Shown here: piece by piece, positions 48,101 through 57,810 of the stretch
Position numbering within the stretch: position 1 is the first letter of the stretch
How the letters are laid out: each line of letters opens with the position of its first letter
DNA from: an uncultured Bacteroidales bacterium
GTDB taxonomy: Bacteria; Bacteroidota; Bacteroidia; Bacteroidales; Bacteroidaceae
Assembly (NCBI GenBank): GCA_937995875.1
Contig: CALKIW010000120.1
Span: 8,781 to 72,780 of the forward strand
Direction of reading: 5' to 3'
Length of the DNA: 64,000 nucleotides
The notes under the pieces: model-generated
What the model was told of the DNA's origin: nothing
What the model saw: the letters and a program-made list of their open reading frames with translations, nothing else
Databases searched by the model: none
Translations under genes and position numbers: made by a program

Positions 48101-48671
48101 GAAGTGCAGCTTTCACGTTAAGGGTGTCAAATACGGTTTCTATAAGGAGCAGGTCTATCCCGGCTTCGACCAATGCAGTCATCTGTTCGTTATAGGCTTC
48201 TCTGAGTTGGTCGTAGCTGATTGATCGCGATGCCGGGTCGTCCATATTCTGAGACATGGAGGCAGTCTTCCCGGTCGGCCCTATGGATCCTGCAACAAAA
48301 CGTGGCTTGTCCGGAGTAAGCGCCGTCATTCTGTCGGCCTCCTCGCGGGCGAGTTTTGCTGCCGCACGGTTTATTTCCGCAACGTATTCCTGCATGCCGT
48401 ATTCCTCTTGGGAGATGGCTTGCGCGTTGAAGGTATTGGTCTCTATGATGTCGGCCCCTGCCTCCAAATAATGGCGGTGAATCTCTCTAATGGTGTCGGG
48501 CTCGGTTAAGCATAGCAAGTCATTATTGCCCTTCAATCGTACGGACCAGTCTTTAAACAGCTTGCCTCTAAAAGAGTCTTCATCGAGTGAAAGGTGCTGA
48601 ATCATTACTCCCATCGAGCCATCAAGTACCATAACCCGATGTCTTAATATATTCGCGATGTCATCTCCCAT
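45129..48671 (-). CDS. metH: Cobalamin-dependent methionine synthase
   Basis: An Hcy-binding domain (GGCCGSTP), a pterin-binding domain, a B12-binding GDVHDIGKNI (DxHxxG) motif and a C-terminal AdoMet activation domain. Length is 1180 aa. Confidence 0.92.
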   Translation of the reverse strand: MGDDIANILRHRVMVLDGSMGVMIQHLSLDEDSFRGKLFKDWSVRLKGNNDLLCLTEPDTIREIHRHYLEAGADIIETNTFNAQAISQEEYGMQEYVAEINRAAAKLAREEADRMTALTPDKPRFVAGSIGPTGKTASMSQNMDDPASRSISYDQLREAYNEQMTALVEAGIDLLLIETVFDTLNVKAALRAAEDAFSQTFRRVPIIVSVTIADAAGRMLAGQNLEAFVATVSYANPLAIGINCSFGPAQLRPFLKQLSESCPFYVCTYPNAGLPDEMGEYSESPDSMASYVRGFLDDGLLNIVGGCCGSTPQHIARIADEVQAADNPRVLKKAKTAWLAGLDAFHASPDVFINVGERCNVAGSRKFLRLINEKQYEEALSIARKQVEDGAMILDINMDDGMLDSAQEMKHFINLMASDPEISRIPWMIDSSQFHVVEEALKCIQGKAIVNSISLKEGEQEFLRKAAILKQYGVAMVVMAFDEQGQAVTFERKTAICQRAFNLLTQKVGIRPEDIIFDPNVLTIATGIKEHRRYAIDFIEATRWIHRHLPGVKVSGGVSNLSFAFRGNNYLREAMHAVFLYHAIEAGLDMAILNPATRVMYDNIPQELLKVLEDTILCRTEDAEEQLIEVAGKYADRKVTEPTSDTQLASMSLQERLVYALQFGETKHLKNDLLEALSVYDSPQAIIDGPLMEGMTLVGDLFGEGKMFLPQVVKSARTMKTAVEILNPYITEQKKNAGRSLGKFLVATVKGDVHDIGKNITAIVLSCNNFDVTDLGVMVEAERIVKAAKSEEADFIALSGLITPSLNEMCNVATELNKAGITKPLFIGGATTSALHTATKIAPLYRGPVIYVKDASQDAIIAHKLLTNEREEYLEKLKGEQERMRNNYEGKKARKGNLASENIKRINIDWGQETIFRPSFSGVKLLERIPIAEVRPYINWISFRNLWQVQKQSQEARDIQAEAEALLNTLTREGMTMTALVGFFQAYSDNVSIVIDEPERCCNSCHHHIVIPTPRQKKAGKTGYNLALCDFIAPKGYGDHVGCFAITLSEKLIKLLENLKRDDSSYEALLLQGICDRLVEATSEWLHAKVRKELWGYAPDEHLSIKQMFSAAYRGIRPAVGYPSLPDQLQIFKIDQLLNLSRIGIKLTENGAMYPQASTCGFYLASPHSTYFVVGEQKIK

Positions 48672-48672
48672 T

Positions 48673-49626
48673 TTAAAACACTCTTTTTGCTATTTGCTGA
48701 ACGCTTGCCGTTGCATTCACGGTGTAAAAGTGAATACTCGGAACATGATGCTCCTTGAGTTCCCTGGCCTGACTGATGCCCCATTCTATGCCTAATGCCT
48801 TAACCTCATCGTTATTCTGACACTTGATGAGTTCCTCCGATAGGTCGTTGGGAAAATCGATGTGGAACACTTTGGGCAACAATGACAACTGTGAGAAGCT
48901 GGTCAAGGGCTTGATACCCGGAATGATAGGCACGGTGATGCCGATATTGCGACAACGCCTTACGAAGTCAAAGTATTTTTGGTTGTCAAAAAACATTTGC
49001 GTAATGATATATGATGCCCCTTGTGCGACTTTCTCCTTGAGATAGGCCAAATCGGTCTCTAAATTCATGGCTTCCTCATGTTTTTCCGGATAGCCGGCCA
49101 CACCATAGCAGAATTTATTGGATAATGGGTCGGTCTGTGTGCCGTCAGTCATTTTTCCTTCATTGAAGTCGTTTACTTGTTTGCATAAATCTATGGCATG
49201 CAGATGGCCTTTGTTTACAGCCCTGAACTGATTGAAGCCTCTTTCCCTGTCGCCACGAAGCACAAGGATATCTTCTATACCCAAATAGTTAAGGTCTATC
49301 AACTGGTTTTCAATTTCCTGTTTCGTAAAGCCGGAACAGATAATATGGGGGACGGTGGGAACTTTGTAACGCCCTTTCAACGCAGAGGCAACTGCTACGG
49401 AGCCGGGACGCTTCTGTATTGTATTGCTGGTAAAAATTCCATCTTCAATTTCCAGAAACACCTGCTCCGTTCGGTGTGTGGTGATGTTGATATAGGCGGG
49501 TGAAAATTCCATCAGTTTGTCTATATTCCGAAAAATGCCTTGAATACTTTTTCCTCGTAATGGTGGAAGTACTTCTATGGAAAATGCCGTCTCTTTATTA
49601 TCTTTCAAAAAACTCCTTAAACTCAT
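48673..49626 (-). CDS. metF: Methylenetetrahydrofolate reductase
   Basis: FSIEVLPPL, AGYPEKHEEA and TQMFFD follow the MTHFR pattern. The gene ends 1 nt before the metH start. Confidence 0.88.
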   Translation of the reverse strand: MSLRSFLKDNKETAFSIEVLPPLRGKSIQGIFRNIDKLMEFSPAYINITTHRTEQVFLEIEDGIFTSNTIQKRPGSVAVASALKGRYKVPTVPHIICSGFTKQEIENQLIDLNYLGIEDILVLRGDRERGFNQFRAVNKGHLHAIDLCKQVNDFNEGKMTDGTQTDPLSNKFCYGVAGYPEKHEEAMNLETDLAYLKEKVAQGASYIITQMFFDNQKYFDFVRRCRNIGITVPIIPGIKPLTSFSQLSLLPKVFHIDFPNDLSEELIKCQNNDEVKALGIEWGISQARELKEHHVPSIHFYTVNATASVQQIAKRVF

Positions 49627-49646
49627 ATTTACTTACAATCTGTTTA

Positions 49647-49654
49647 CAAAATTA
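49647..49654 (-). promoter_or_regulatory. -7 promoter motif (TAATTTTG) upstream of metF
   Basis: Plus-strand caaaatta lies 21 nt upstream of ATG 49626. Confidence 0.4.
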
Positions 49655-49904
49655 ACTTAAAAGAATGATATCATTTAGGAGATTAGCGTATTTTAACATT
49701 ATTTGGCCTGATAAAGTATCAATATGCGTATGGCATACGGAAAAGGCTATAATCTATATGATTATAAACATTATCGTAGTGAGGTTGTTTGGGTGTGTTT
49801 GTGTTTTTATGACTATCCGGTCTTAGTATGTATCAGCCTTGTTAGGGCTAATTTTGGGCAGATATTGGTAGTGTGGTATTATAGTTTTGGCAGATAGGAG
49901 GCTT

Positions 49905-51065
49905 TTACCATGTGTTGAATTTTGTGATGTTGCGTGCCATCACTTTTGAAGTTCGGTCTTCTTTGGGCGTAAAGGGCATGAAACCTTCCGAAAGTCTGAG
50001 AATATTATGCAGCACGGTCATGAGGCGGGCGGAGAATTCCCTGATGTCCAAGAGTTTTACCAGTTCGTTGAGTCTGTCTTCATCCATATTGTTGAAGCGT
50101 AAGGACGTATAGATGTTGGCCAAATGACGAAGTGGCGTCTGGTGGCGTTCCAGTTCGTATTTAAAATTCAGAAGCTCGATGCACAATATCCGCTCATTGA
50201 TTTCTGTTTCCTTAATAGATGCAGAAAGTTTGGCTTTCAGCGTTGAACTTTTAAAGCATAGTGCATCGGATTGAAGGTCTCCTTGAAGATAATTTTGGTT
50301 GCGGGGGAATCGGTCTATTTCTTCTATAGCAATTTCCGGAACTTGATACTGCAATCTCTCCAATCCTTTGATGATGTATTCGGTAATGAGTTCCTCGTCG
50401 GCATAGAGCATGATTCTGCGCCATTCGAGTGCTGAAAGTTGCTCCAATCGTCCTTTAACGGAGGTGCAATGTTTATGGTCGAACAACACTTCTTTGTCTA
50501 TGCCAAGCTGGAGGAGGTTGCCGATAACCTCAGTAGATGTAGGAGAAAGTAGTAAACGAGCATTGGTGTCGATTACTTTCTGATACAGTTTGAGCATCAA
50601 GTCGCACATTTGCTCAAACGACACTTGACTGGTCAGTACCGGGTTTTTGATGAGAACATAGTGCTTGTTCCAATCCAACTGTTTGAAAGTGCCAAATTCT
50701 AATTTACTGCACAGATGTATGGCAGAGGCTTTTTGTATGGCGGTTTTCTGAAATTTATAGTTGTAAGTCGTCTTGTATTTCTTGGCGATCCAGGGTTGTA
50801 GTCCCCCAAAAAGGGTGTAAACGGTTGGGATGTGAAGCTTGTATGCCTTGTGCAGGAGCTTGATGGAGGCCATGTTCCAGCAACCGAGTACGTGGATAAT
50901 GTCGTATTTGGAAAGAGTGGCGGCATCTATGCTGTGTGCCGACGCGTGCAAGTCTACATCTGCAAAGTCTTCCAAGCCATGTGCTAAACGTGTGGATAGC
51001 TCGTGATTGATGGCGACGGCATCAATTTTTGGAGGGATGAATATGAGAACTTTAAGCCGGTCCAT
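49905..51065 (-). CDS. Hypothetical protein with a GT-B (GT4-like) N-terminal half and a helical C-terminal region
   Basis: The N-terminal KVLIFIPPK...YDIIHVLGCWN...IPTVYTLFGGLQPW resembles the Glyco_trans_4 N-domain. No recognisable C-terminal nucleotide-sugar-binding half is present. Confidence 0.5.
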   Translation of the reverse strand: MDRLKVLIFIPPKIDAVAINHELSTRLAHGLEDFADVDLHASAHSIDAATLSKYDIIHVLGCWNMASIKLLHKAYKLHIPTVYTLFGGLQPWIAKKYKTTYNYKFQKTAIQKASAIHLCSKLEFGTFKQLDWNKHYVLIKNPVLTSQVSFEQMCDLMLKLYQKVIDTNARLLLSPTSTEVIGNLLQLGIDKEVLFDHKHCTSVKGRLEQLSALEWRRIMLYADEELITEYIIKGLERLQYQVPEIAIEEIDRFPRNQNYLQGDLQSDALCFKSSTLKAKLSASIKETEINERILCIELLNFKYELERHQTPLRHLANIYTSLRFNNMDEDRLNELVKLLDIREFSARLMTVLHNILRLSEGFMPFTPKEDRTSKVMARNITKFNTW

Positions 51066-51070
51066 AGCAT

Positions 51071-52264
51071 TTACAACTTATGTGTTGTGAAGTCATATTT
51101 ATTGGCAAAACGATAGCGAATCATATAGTTTAGGTTGTGCCAAACCTGTGTAACCTCGAAGAACAGGGCTTGTAATACAGAAATGTCTTCCCCGAAATTC
51201 TTTAATGCCCTATGACAGAGCACTCCTCTGAAGACGAGAGCCGTGAGCAAGGCGGCGATGGATGCGCCAAGCAAAATCCAGTTGGGGGTTATTGCGGCAT
51301 AGGCTATGGTAGCGATACAGCCCAGATAGGTAATGTGTAGTGTCAGTTGGTCTATATTGTAAAGCCAACGGTGTGGGGTGCTGCGTTGTAGAAATTTTCT
51401 GGATTCCAGATAGAACAAATGCCTGTTGAGCCAAGTCTTGTCGGAAGGAGTGTCTTCTATGAGCCACGCTTCATCAGAGGTCTCCAATGCTGTGGAGTCT
51501 TCTTTTGCATATTTATTAACGAGAAAGTCGTATTCCCCACGTGTTAGGTGAAGATTACCGAGGAAGCCTGCGTTTTCGAGAAATTCGCTTTTCCGTAGCA
51601 GCAGGTTATAGCTGGTATTGCGATAGGCATGTCCTTTGCTGGCTTCGCGCATGAGATAAAAAGCGTTGTGAAGTCGTTCGAAGCGACGGAAGGGAGAGGT
51701 GGAGTTTTCATAATTGCCATAACCTATAACAAGATTATTGCCGTTGTTGCAATGGCGGGCCATCTTGCTGAGCCATTGGTTGGAAGAGGGACGACAAGAC
51801 GCTTCGGTGACCATTACCCAATCGTATTTGGCCGCTTTGATGCCCAGGGTTATGGCGAGTTTCTTTCTGCTGACGTATCTCGAAGATTTTGGAATATGCG
51901 TTACATATATCTCAGCATGAGATTCCGCCATGTTACTGTGGCTGAGAGTGCGGCTGATGATTTCTTCTGCATCATGATCTTTCTGTTCGGTAACGATGAT
52001 AACTTGATAACCTGATGGATAGTTTTGCCGGAGAAAAAAAGGAAGAGTCTTCTCCAATCTGTTGGCATTGTCGTAGGGGGTGAGAATCAACGAGATGGGA
52101 GGTGATGCAGTGGAGTTCTCAAGATCGGCATCGTCGTGTTGTTGTTTTTTTCTAAATCTGAAAAAGGGATTGAGCATTGGAGTGAGAATGCCCAACAGGA
52201 TAAGCACTAAGCTTGCGATGAGGGTTGTATTGTCGAATGAAAGTGCATTCATATTTGATGACAT
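51071..52264 (-). CDS. Membrane-bound GT2-like glycosyltransferase (divergent)
   Basis: An N-terminal TM, then a GT-A-like core (ISLILTPYDNANRLEKTL...VIIVTEQKDHDAEE) and C-terminal TM segments. The expected DxD position reads VTEAS. Confidence 0.55.
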   Translation of the reverse strand: MSSNMNALSFDNTTLIASLVLILLGILTPMLNPFFRFRKKQQHDDADLENSTASPPISLILTPYDNANRLEKTLPFFLRQNYPSGYQVIIVTEQKDHDAEEIISRTLSHSNMAESHAEIYVTHIPKSSRYVSRKKLAITLGIKAAKYDWVMVTEASCRPSSNQWLSKMARHCNNGNNLVIGYGNYENSTSPFRRFERLHNAFYLMREASKGHAYRNTSYNLLLRKSEFLENAGFLGNLHLTRGEYDFLVNKYAKEDSTALETSDEAWLIEDTPSDKTWLNRHLFYLESRKFLQRSTPHRWLYNIDQLTLHITYLGCIATIAYAAITPNWILLGASIAALLTALVFRGVLCHRALKNFGEDISVLQALFFEVTQVWHNLNYMIRYRFANKYDFTTHKL

Positions 52265-53430
52265 TCACATTTTTGCAGTTCCTCCGAAGTGTAACCTATG
52301 GGAAGTTTTCTGCAATTATATTGGCTGGCCATTACTTCTCCATAAGCTCCGGCAGAGCGTATGGCCACCAAATCGCCCCTATGGAGTTTTTTGATATGAA
52401 TTTCTTTACCAAAAACGTCACTGGATTCACAAATTGGGCCTACCACATCGTAAACCTCTTCCGGTGCGCTGTTGCTGATGTTTTCAATTTTATGGCGGGC
52501 TTGGTAAAGCGCCGGCCTTATCAAGTCGGTCATACCTGCGTCAAGGATAGCAAACTGTTTATGCGTTCCTTGTTTAATGTAGAGCGTTCGGGAGATGAGC
52601 GTTCCCATTTGCGCCACGACCGATCTGCCCAATTCAAAATGTACGCGTTGTCCTTTGCGAAGTTTGAGATGCTTGTTGTAGGTTGCAAAATATGCTTTAA
52701 AATCGGGTATAGGATTTTCGTTTGGGGATTCATAATCAACGCCCAGCCCACCACCTACATTCAGCTCTTGTATCTTGATACCCAGACTTTCAAGCGTGTC
52801 TTGCAAATCGTTTATACGATAGCATAACTGCTCGTAGTCGTTCATGTTAAGTATCTGGCTGCCAATGTGAAAGTGCAAACCAATGAAGTTGATGTTGCTC
52901 ATGGTGTTTGCCCTTGCAATAGCATCTTCCATCTCCGACATGGCTATGCCGAATTTGTTTTCGGCCAGGCCTGTGGTGATATTGGCATGGGTGTGAGCAT
53001 TAATATCCGGATTGATTCGGAAGCATACGTTAGCCGTAACATTTCGGGCTTCGGCCAACGTGTTGATCACTTCCAATTCGGCAACACTTTCGACATTGAA
53101 ACAGAATATTCCTGCCGTGAGAGCAAGGTTTATCTCCCAATCGCTTTTGCCAACGCCGGCGTAAACAATTTTGTTTGGCGAAAAGCCCGCGTCAAGACAA
53201 GCCTGAATTTCGCCCCCGCTGACACAGTCGGCGCCAAGTCCGGAATCACAAACAATGCGTAGAATTTTCGGATTTGCATTTGCTTTCACTGCATAATGCA
53301 CCACGAAATTTTCATACCTTTGACTCTCTTGCTTGATGATGTTGATTGTTTTTTTCAACAACTCAACATCATAGTAGTAGAACGGCGTTTGTATATCCTG
53401 AAACCTGTCGACAGGGAACATTCCTTTCAT
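52249..53430 (-). CDS. lysA: Diaminopimelate decarboxylase
   Basis: YAVKANANPKIL (the PLP lysine), GLHFHIGSQ, the GGGLGV motif and a CESSD-like ICESSDVF. Confidence 0.9.
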   Translation of the reverse strand: MKGMFPVDRFQDIQTPFYYYDVELLKKTINIIKQESQRYENFVVHYAVKANANPKILRIVCDSGLGADCVSGGEIQACLDAGFSPNKIVYAGVGKSDWEINLALTAGIFCFNVESVAELEVINTLAEARNVTANVCFRINPDINAHTHANITTGLAENKFGIAMSEMEDAIARANTMSNINFIGLHFHIGSQILNMNDYEQLCYRINDLQDTLESLGIKIQELNVGGGLGVDYESPNENPIPDFKAYFATYNKHLKLRKGQRVHFELGRSVVAQMGTLISRTLYIKQGTHKQFAILDAGMTDLIRPALYQARHKIENISNSAPEEVYDVVGPICESSDVFGKEIHIKKLHRGDLVAIRSAGAYGEVMASQYNCRKLPIGYTSEELQKCECHQI

Positions 53431-53462
53431 GTCGTTTTATAATGTGTTTATGACGCTTTCAA

Positions 53463-54779
53463 TTAATGAAACAAAGTATCGCTGAGGCTCTGCAATGCAC
53501 GCTTTTTGTCTACTTCCTTGATGAGGAAGGAGATGTTGTAGTTGCTTCCTCCGTAGCTGATCATGCGCACGGGAATGTCTTTCAGAGCATCTGTTGCCAA
53601 TGTTTCGAAACCGAGATTACTCCAATCGAGGTCGCCAACGACACAGACGATGCACATATTGCTGTCTACTGTAACAGTCCCGTATTTCTTGAGCTCGTCA
53701 ACAATCTGAGTCAAATGAGTGTCTTTATCGATACTCATGGAAACTCCAACCTCTGAGGTTGTAATCATGTCGATTGGTGTTTGATAGGTTTCGAATATCT
53801 CGAATATCTTTCTCAGGAATCCCGTTGCAAGGAGCATTCTGGAAGATTTTATCTTGATGGCAGTGATGTTGTCTTTGGCAGCGATGGCTTTAATCTTGCC
53901 ACGAACGAGAACATTGTCGATGATTGTTCCGGGAGCATTGGGGTCTAAGGTGCTTTTCAAGCGTACAGGAATTCCTGCATATTTGGCAGGCTGTACGCAG
54001 GTAGGATGCAAAATTTTTGCCCCGAAATAGGCAAGTTCTGCAGCTTCCTCAAAATTGAGCTGAGGAATGGTGTCGGTGTGCTCTACGATACGGGGGTCGT
54101 TGTTGTGCATACCGTCAATATCCGTCCAAATCTGAATTTCTTCGGCTGGCAGAGACGCACCGATGAGTGAGGCAGTATAGTCTGATCCACCACGTAACAG
54201 ATTGTCGATTTCGCCATAAGCGTTGCGGCAAATGAAGCCCTGGGTGATATAAATCTGATACCCTTCGTTATCCTTCATGATGCCTTGCAGTTTCTCTTTG
54301 ATGTATTGCATATCCGGCTCAGCATTCTTATCGGTGCGCATGAATTCAAGCGCGTCCAGCAAAACGGCCTTGATGCCGGTTTCTTTGAGATAGTTTACCA
54401 CCATGTTTGTGGACATGATCTCACCCTGTGCTACAATGGTTTTTTCTTCAAAACTGGTGAAGATGTCTTTGGTGAAACTACGAAGATAATCGAATTTCTC
54501 TGTCAGGAACTCACCTGTCTGTTTTCTATACTCGTCAGTGGAGTAGAGCTCCTTAACGTGTTGTTGGTACTTTTTCTCTAAATTATTGATCACTTCGTTA
54601 GCTCCCTCCGGGTTTTTCTTATAGAGGTAGTCGCAAATTTCAACAAGTGAGTTGGTTGTGCCGCTCATGGCCGAGAGCACAATAAATGTAGGTTCTCCAG
54701 ATTCAGTAATCAGTGAGGCAACACTCTTCATGCGCTCTGGACAACCAACAGAGGTTCCTCCAAATTTTAGTACCTTCAT
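53463..54779 (-). CDS. lysC: Aspartate kinase
   Basis: MKVLKFGGTSVG, LSAMSGTTN, RGGSDYTAS and C-terminal ACT domains. Confidence 0.9.
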   Translation of the reverse strand: MKVLKFGGTSVGCPERMKSVASLITESGEPTFIVLSAMSGTTNSLVEICDYLYKKNPEGANEVINNLEKKYQQHVKELYSTDEYRKQTGEFLTEKFDYLRSFTKDIFTSFEEKTIVAQGEIMSTNMVVNYLKETGIKAVLLDALEFMRTDKNAEPDMQYIKEKLQGIMKDNEGYQIYITQGFICRNAYGEIDNLLRGGSDYTASLIGASLPAEEIQIWTDIDGMHNNDPRIVEHTDTIPQLNFEEAAELAYFGAKILHPTCVQPAKYAGIPVRLKSTLDPNAPGTIIDNVLVRGKIKAIAAKDNITAIKIKSSRMLLATGFLRKIFEIFETYQTPIDMITTSEVGVSMSIDKDTHLTQIVDELKKYGTVTVDSNMCIVCVVGDLDWSNLGFETLATDALKDIPVRMISYGGSNYNISFLIKEVDKKRALQSLSDTLFH

Positions 54780-54835
54780 TTTATTATGTTTTAAAAATTT
54801 CTAATTCCTAACTTCAATATCTCGTTTTGCGTTAC

Positions 54836-55552
54836 TTAGCTTTCCTCTTCGTCTTCCGAAAGGTCCAGCTTGTTGTATTCTTGGGTCACGTCGGTTATCT
54901 CTCCATCCTTGCATCGATACACAATTCCGGGAAAACGATTGAGCATGGGAATATTGTGTGTAGACATCACGACGGCCGTGCCTTGTTTTGTTATGTTTCT
55001 TAACAGATTGACGATGCTGTTTGCTGTTTCCGGGTCCAGGTTTCCGGTGGGCTCATCAGCAATCACTATTTTAGGATGATTCAGCAGGGCTCGTGCAATG
55101 GCAATACGTTGCTGTTCGCCGCCCGACAACTCATGCGGCATGCTATCTCGCTTTTCAATCATTCCTACCGCATTCAACACGTCGTCAATTCTCTGGTTAA
55201 TTTCTGCCTTGTCCTTCCATCCGGTGGCACGCAATACAAATTTCAGGTTTTTATAAACGCTACGGTCATGGAGCAATTGAAAATCTTGAAAGATAATGCC
55301 CAGCTCTTTTCTGAGAGCAGGAACTTCTTTTCTTCGCATACTTTTCAAATCCCGCCCAAGTACTTCAGCTTTGTCAGTTTCATCTTCTTCAATGTCGAGC
55401 TCGCTATAAAAAGTCTTCAACAGAGAGCTCTTGCCCGACCCAACTTTGCCGATAATGTAGATAAACTCGCCTTCTTCCGCATGGAAATCCACATCTTTCA
55501 GCACTAATTTGTCTTGTTGGTATATGTTTACTTTTTGAAAATCAATCAGCAT
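54836..55552 (-). CDS. ftsE: Cell-division ABC ATPase FtsE-like
   Basis: Walker A GKVGSGKSSLLK, the signature LSGGEQQRIAIARAL and Walker B IVIADEPTGNLD. Size and pattern are FtsE-like. No ftsX lies adjacent. Confidence 0.7.
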   Translation of the reverse strand: MLIDFQKVNIYQQDKLVLKDVDFHAEEGEFIYIIGKVGSGKSSLLKTFYSELDIEEDETDKAEVLGRDLKSMRRKEVPALRKELGIIFQDFQLLHDRSVYKNLKFVLRATGWKDKAEINQRIDDVLNAVGMIEKRDSMPHELSGGEQQRIAIARALLNHPKIVIADEPTGNLDPETANSIVNLLRNITKQGTAVVMSTHNIPMLNRFPGIVYRCKDGEITDVTQEYNKLDLSEDEEES

Positions 55553-55568
55553 GTGTTATATCGTTTGT

Positions 55569-56243
55569 CTATCCGGAGATAGTGTTTGTTTCTGTATATT
55601 TATCTTTTGCATTTGCCTTGGCGACACGTCGCGCCTTGTCCCAGTCTGGGTTATGGCGTTTGGCCAATTCCAATGCGAGGTCTTCGATGCGCAATCCTTT
55701 ATCGGTGAGCAAAACAATCAAATGATAAATCAGGTCTGAAGCTTCATAAACGAGATTGTCTGCGGTGCCGTTTGTAGCTTCGATGACGGTTTCTACAGCT
55801 TCTTCGCCCAACTTCTGTGCCATTTTGTTTATGCCTTTCTTGAATAGGGAGGTGGTGTAGCTGTCTTCCGGCATTTCCTCATGGCGTCTGTTGATGAAAT
55901 CTTGAAGTTCCGTAAGAAAGAGTATTGGGTTCAGCTTGTTATCTTCTCCCCAACAGGTGTCAGTACCTTTATGGCAGGTTGGGCCTTGCGGATGCACCCT
56001 TACGAGCAGTGTGTCGTTGTCGCAGTCGTTCTTTATGCTGACCAGTTCCAAATAGTTCCCGGAGGTTTCTCCTTTGGTCCACAGACAGTTGCGACTGCGA
56101 CTCCAGAAAGTCACCTTTTTGGTTTCTATTGTTTTCCGGTAAGCTTCTTCATTCATGAATCCCAACATCAGTACGTTCTTGGTGACGTCGTCTTGAATGA
56201 TTGCCGGAACAAGTCCATCCTGTTTCTTAAAATCTATGTTCAT
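55569..56243 (-). CDS. hisIE: Bifunctional phosphoribosyl-AMP cyclohydrolase / phosphoribosyl-ATP pyrophosphatase
   Basis: HisI motifs (WTKGETSGN, PTCHKGTDTCWG) followed by a HisE helical domain (KLGEEAVE...EASDLIYHL). Confidence 0.9.
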   Translation of the reverse strand: MNIDFKKQDGLVPAIIQDDVTKNVLMLGFMNEEAYRKTIETKKVTFWSRSRNCLWTKGETSGNYLELVSIKNDCDNDTLLVRVHPQGPTCHKGTDTCWGEDNKLNPILFLTELQDFINRRHEEMPEDSYTTSLFKKGINKMAQKLGEEAVETVIEATNGTADNLVYEASDLIYHLIVLLTDKGLRIEDLALELAKRHNPDWDKARRVAKANAKDKYTETNTISG

Positions 56244-56320
56244 GATTTTTTCTTCCTTTATATATTTTCCCCAACCGATTTAGCCATTAGCAAACTGCTT
56301 TATGGAAAATGCTATGGATA

Positions 56321-57088
56321 CTATAACCTGACGTTGATGCCTTCGTTTCTCAGGTACGCTTTGAGTTCGGGAATTTTGATTTCACCAAAGTGAAACACAC
56401 TTGCAGCCAGAGCCGCATCAGCCGTCCCTTTCAAAAAGGCATCTTTGAAATGCTCTTTTGTTCCGGCCCCGCCACTGGCAATGATGGGCACAGGCACGGT
56501 CTCAGCAAGTTCGGCCAATGCTTCGTTGGCAAATCCTTGTTTAACACCATCGTGATCCATGCTGGTGAAGAGAATTTCTCCTGCCCCACGATCAGCCACT
56601 TCTTTTGCCCAGTCGAGCAATGAAAGCTCCACGCGTTCGCGTCCTCCTTTGATATAACAGTACCATCCGTCTTCATCAAGGCGCGCATCAATGGCGCAGA
56701 CACATACTTGGGAGCCGAATTTCTCAGAAATTTGGTTAATTAATCCCGGGTTTTTGATAGCAGCGGAGTTGATGCTTACCTTATCAGCACCGGCATATAA
56801 CAACCGCTCTACATCTTCCAACGTGCTGATGCCTCCGCCAACAGTAAATGGAATATTGATCTCGCGTGCCACACGCGACACCATGTCCGTAAAGGTTTTC
56901 CGTTCTTCGTAGCTGGCGGTAATGTCCAGAAACACGAGTTCATCGGCTCCCGCTTCACTGTAGGCCTTGCCCAATGCGACGGGATCTCCGGCCTTTCGCA
57001 GATTTACAAAGTTTGTACCTTTCACGGTCTCACCGTTTTTCACGTCGAGACACGGAATGATTCGCTTGGCTAATCCGTTGAAACTCAT
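56321..57088 (-). CDS. hisF: Imidazole glycerol phosphate synthase cyclase subunit
   Basis: [18 protein letters not shown] and IASGGAG follow the HisF pattern. Confidence 0.93.
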   Translation of the reverse strand: MSFNGLAKRIIPCLDVKNGETVKGTNFVNLRKAGDPVALGKAYSEAGADELVFLDITASYEERKTFTDMVSRVAREINIPFTVGGGISTLEDVERLLYAGADKVSINSAAIKNPGLINQISEKFGSQVCVCAIDARLDEDGWYCYIKGGRERVELSLLDWAKEVADRGAGEILFTSMDHDGVKQGFANEALAELAETVPVPIIASGGAGTKEHFKDAFLKGTADAALAASVFHFGEIKIPELKAYLRNEGINVRL

Positions 57089-57801
57089 ATTCCCAATTCC
57101 CTTAAGTTAATCTTTCCTTCGTACCATGCTTTGCCAAACACGGTAGCAGGAATACCTGCGCGGTCGAGAGCGATGATGTCGCTGTTGCTGCCTATACCGC
57201 CACTGGCGATGAGGTGCAATTGTGGATAGCGCGCCATTACCTGTTTGTACATGTCGATGGCAGGACCTTGCAGCGTGCCGTCTTTGGATATTTCCGTGCA
57301 CAACACGTTTGTTACGCCGGCATCCGTGTATTTTGCGAGGAAAGAAAGCAGGTCTTCCGACGAATCCTCTTTCCATCCATTGATGCTTATCTTTCCATTT
57401 CTGACATCTGCCCCCAGTATCACTCGTTCGGCGCCAAAACGCTCCAGCCACGACAGGAACAGTTCCGGGTCGGTCACGGCGATGCTTCCTGCCGTGACCA
57501 TAGCGGCTCCGGCATCGAATGCTTTCTCTATGTCTTCGTCGCTTTTGATACCCCCTCCGAAGTCCACGGTGAGGCTTGTGCTTGCGGTTATCGCTTTCAA
57601 CACTGTGTCATTGACGATGTGTTTTGATTTTGCACCGTCAAGGTCAACCACGTGCAGGCGTTTAAATCCTAATTGCTCAAATTCCTTTGCTTGAGCAACA
57701 GGGTCTTCGTTGTACACCGTCTTCCGGTCGTAGTCGCCTTTGGTCAGGCGTACGCATTTGCCGTCGATAATGTCTATGGCTGGTATCAGTTCTATATTCA
57801 T
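57085..57801 (-). CDS. hisA: ProFAR isomerase
   Basis: [21 protein letters not shown] and IASGGI. It overlaps hisF by 4 nt. Confidence 0.92.
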   Translation of the reverse strand: MNIELIPAIDIIDGKCVRLTKGDYDRKTVYNEDPVAQAKEFEQLGFKRLHVVDLDGAKSKHIVNDTVLKAITASTSLTVDFGGGIKSDEDIEKAFDAGAAMVTAGSIAVTDPELFLSWLERFGAERVILGADVRNGKISINGWKEDSSEDLLSFLAKYTDAGVTNVLCTEISKDGTLQGPAIDMYKQVMARYPQLHLIASGGIGSNSDIIALDRAGIPATVFGKAWYEGKINLRELGI

Positions 57802-57810
57802 GGATATTTC

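Noticed and set aside
54780-54835. A lysine riboswitch upstream of lysC, and his or T-box type leaders upstream of the his genes.
   Set aside because: Only 56 nt separate ftsE and lysC, and the his genes are packed behind purU. There is no room for an L-box or a leader structure, and I saw no conserved riboswitch motifs.
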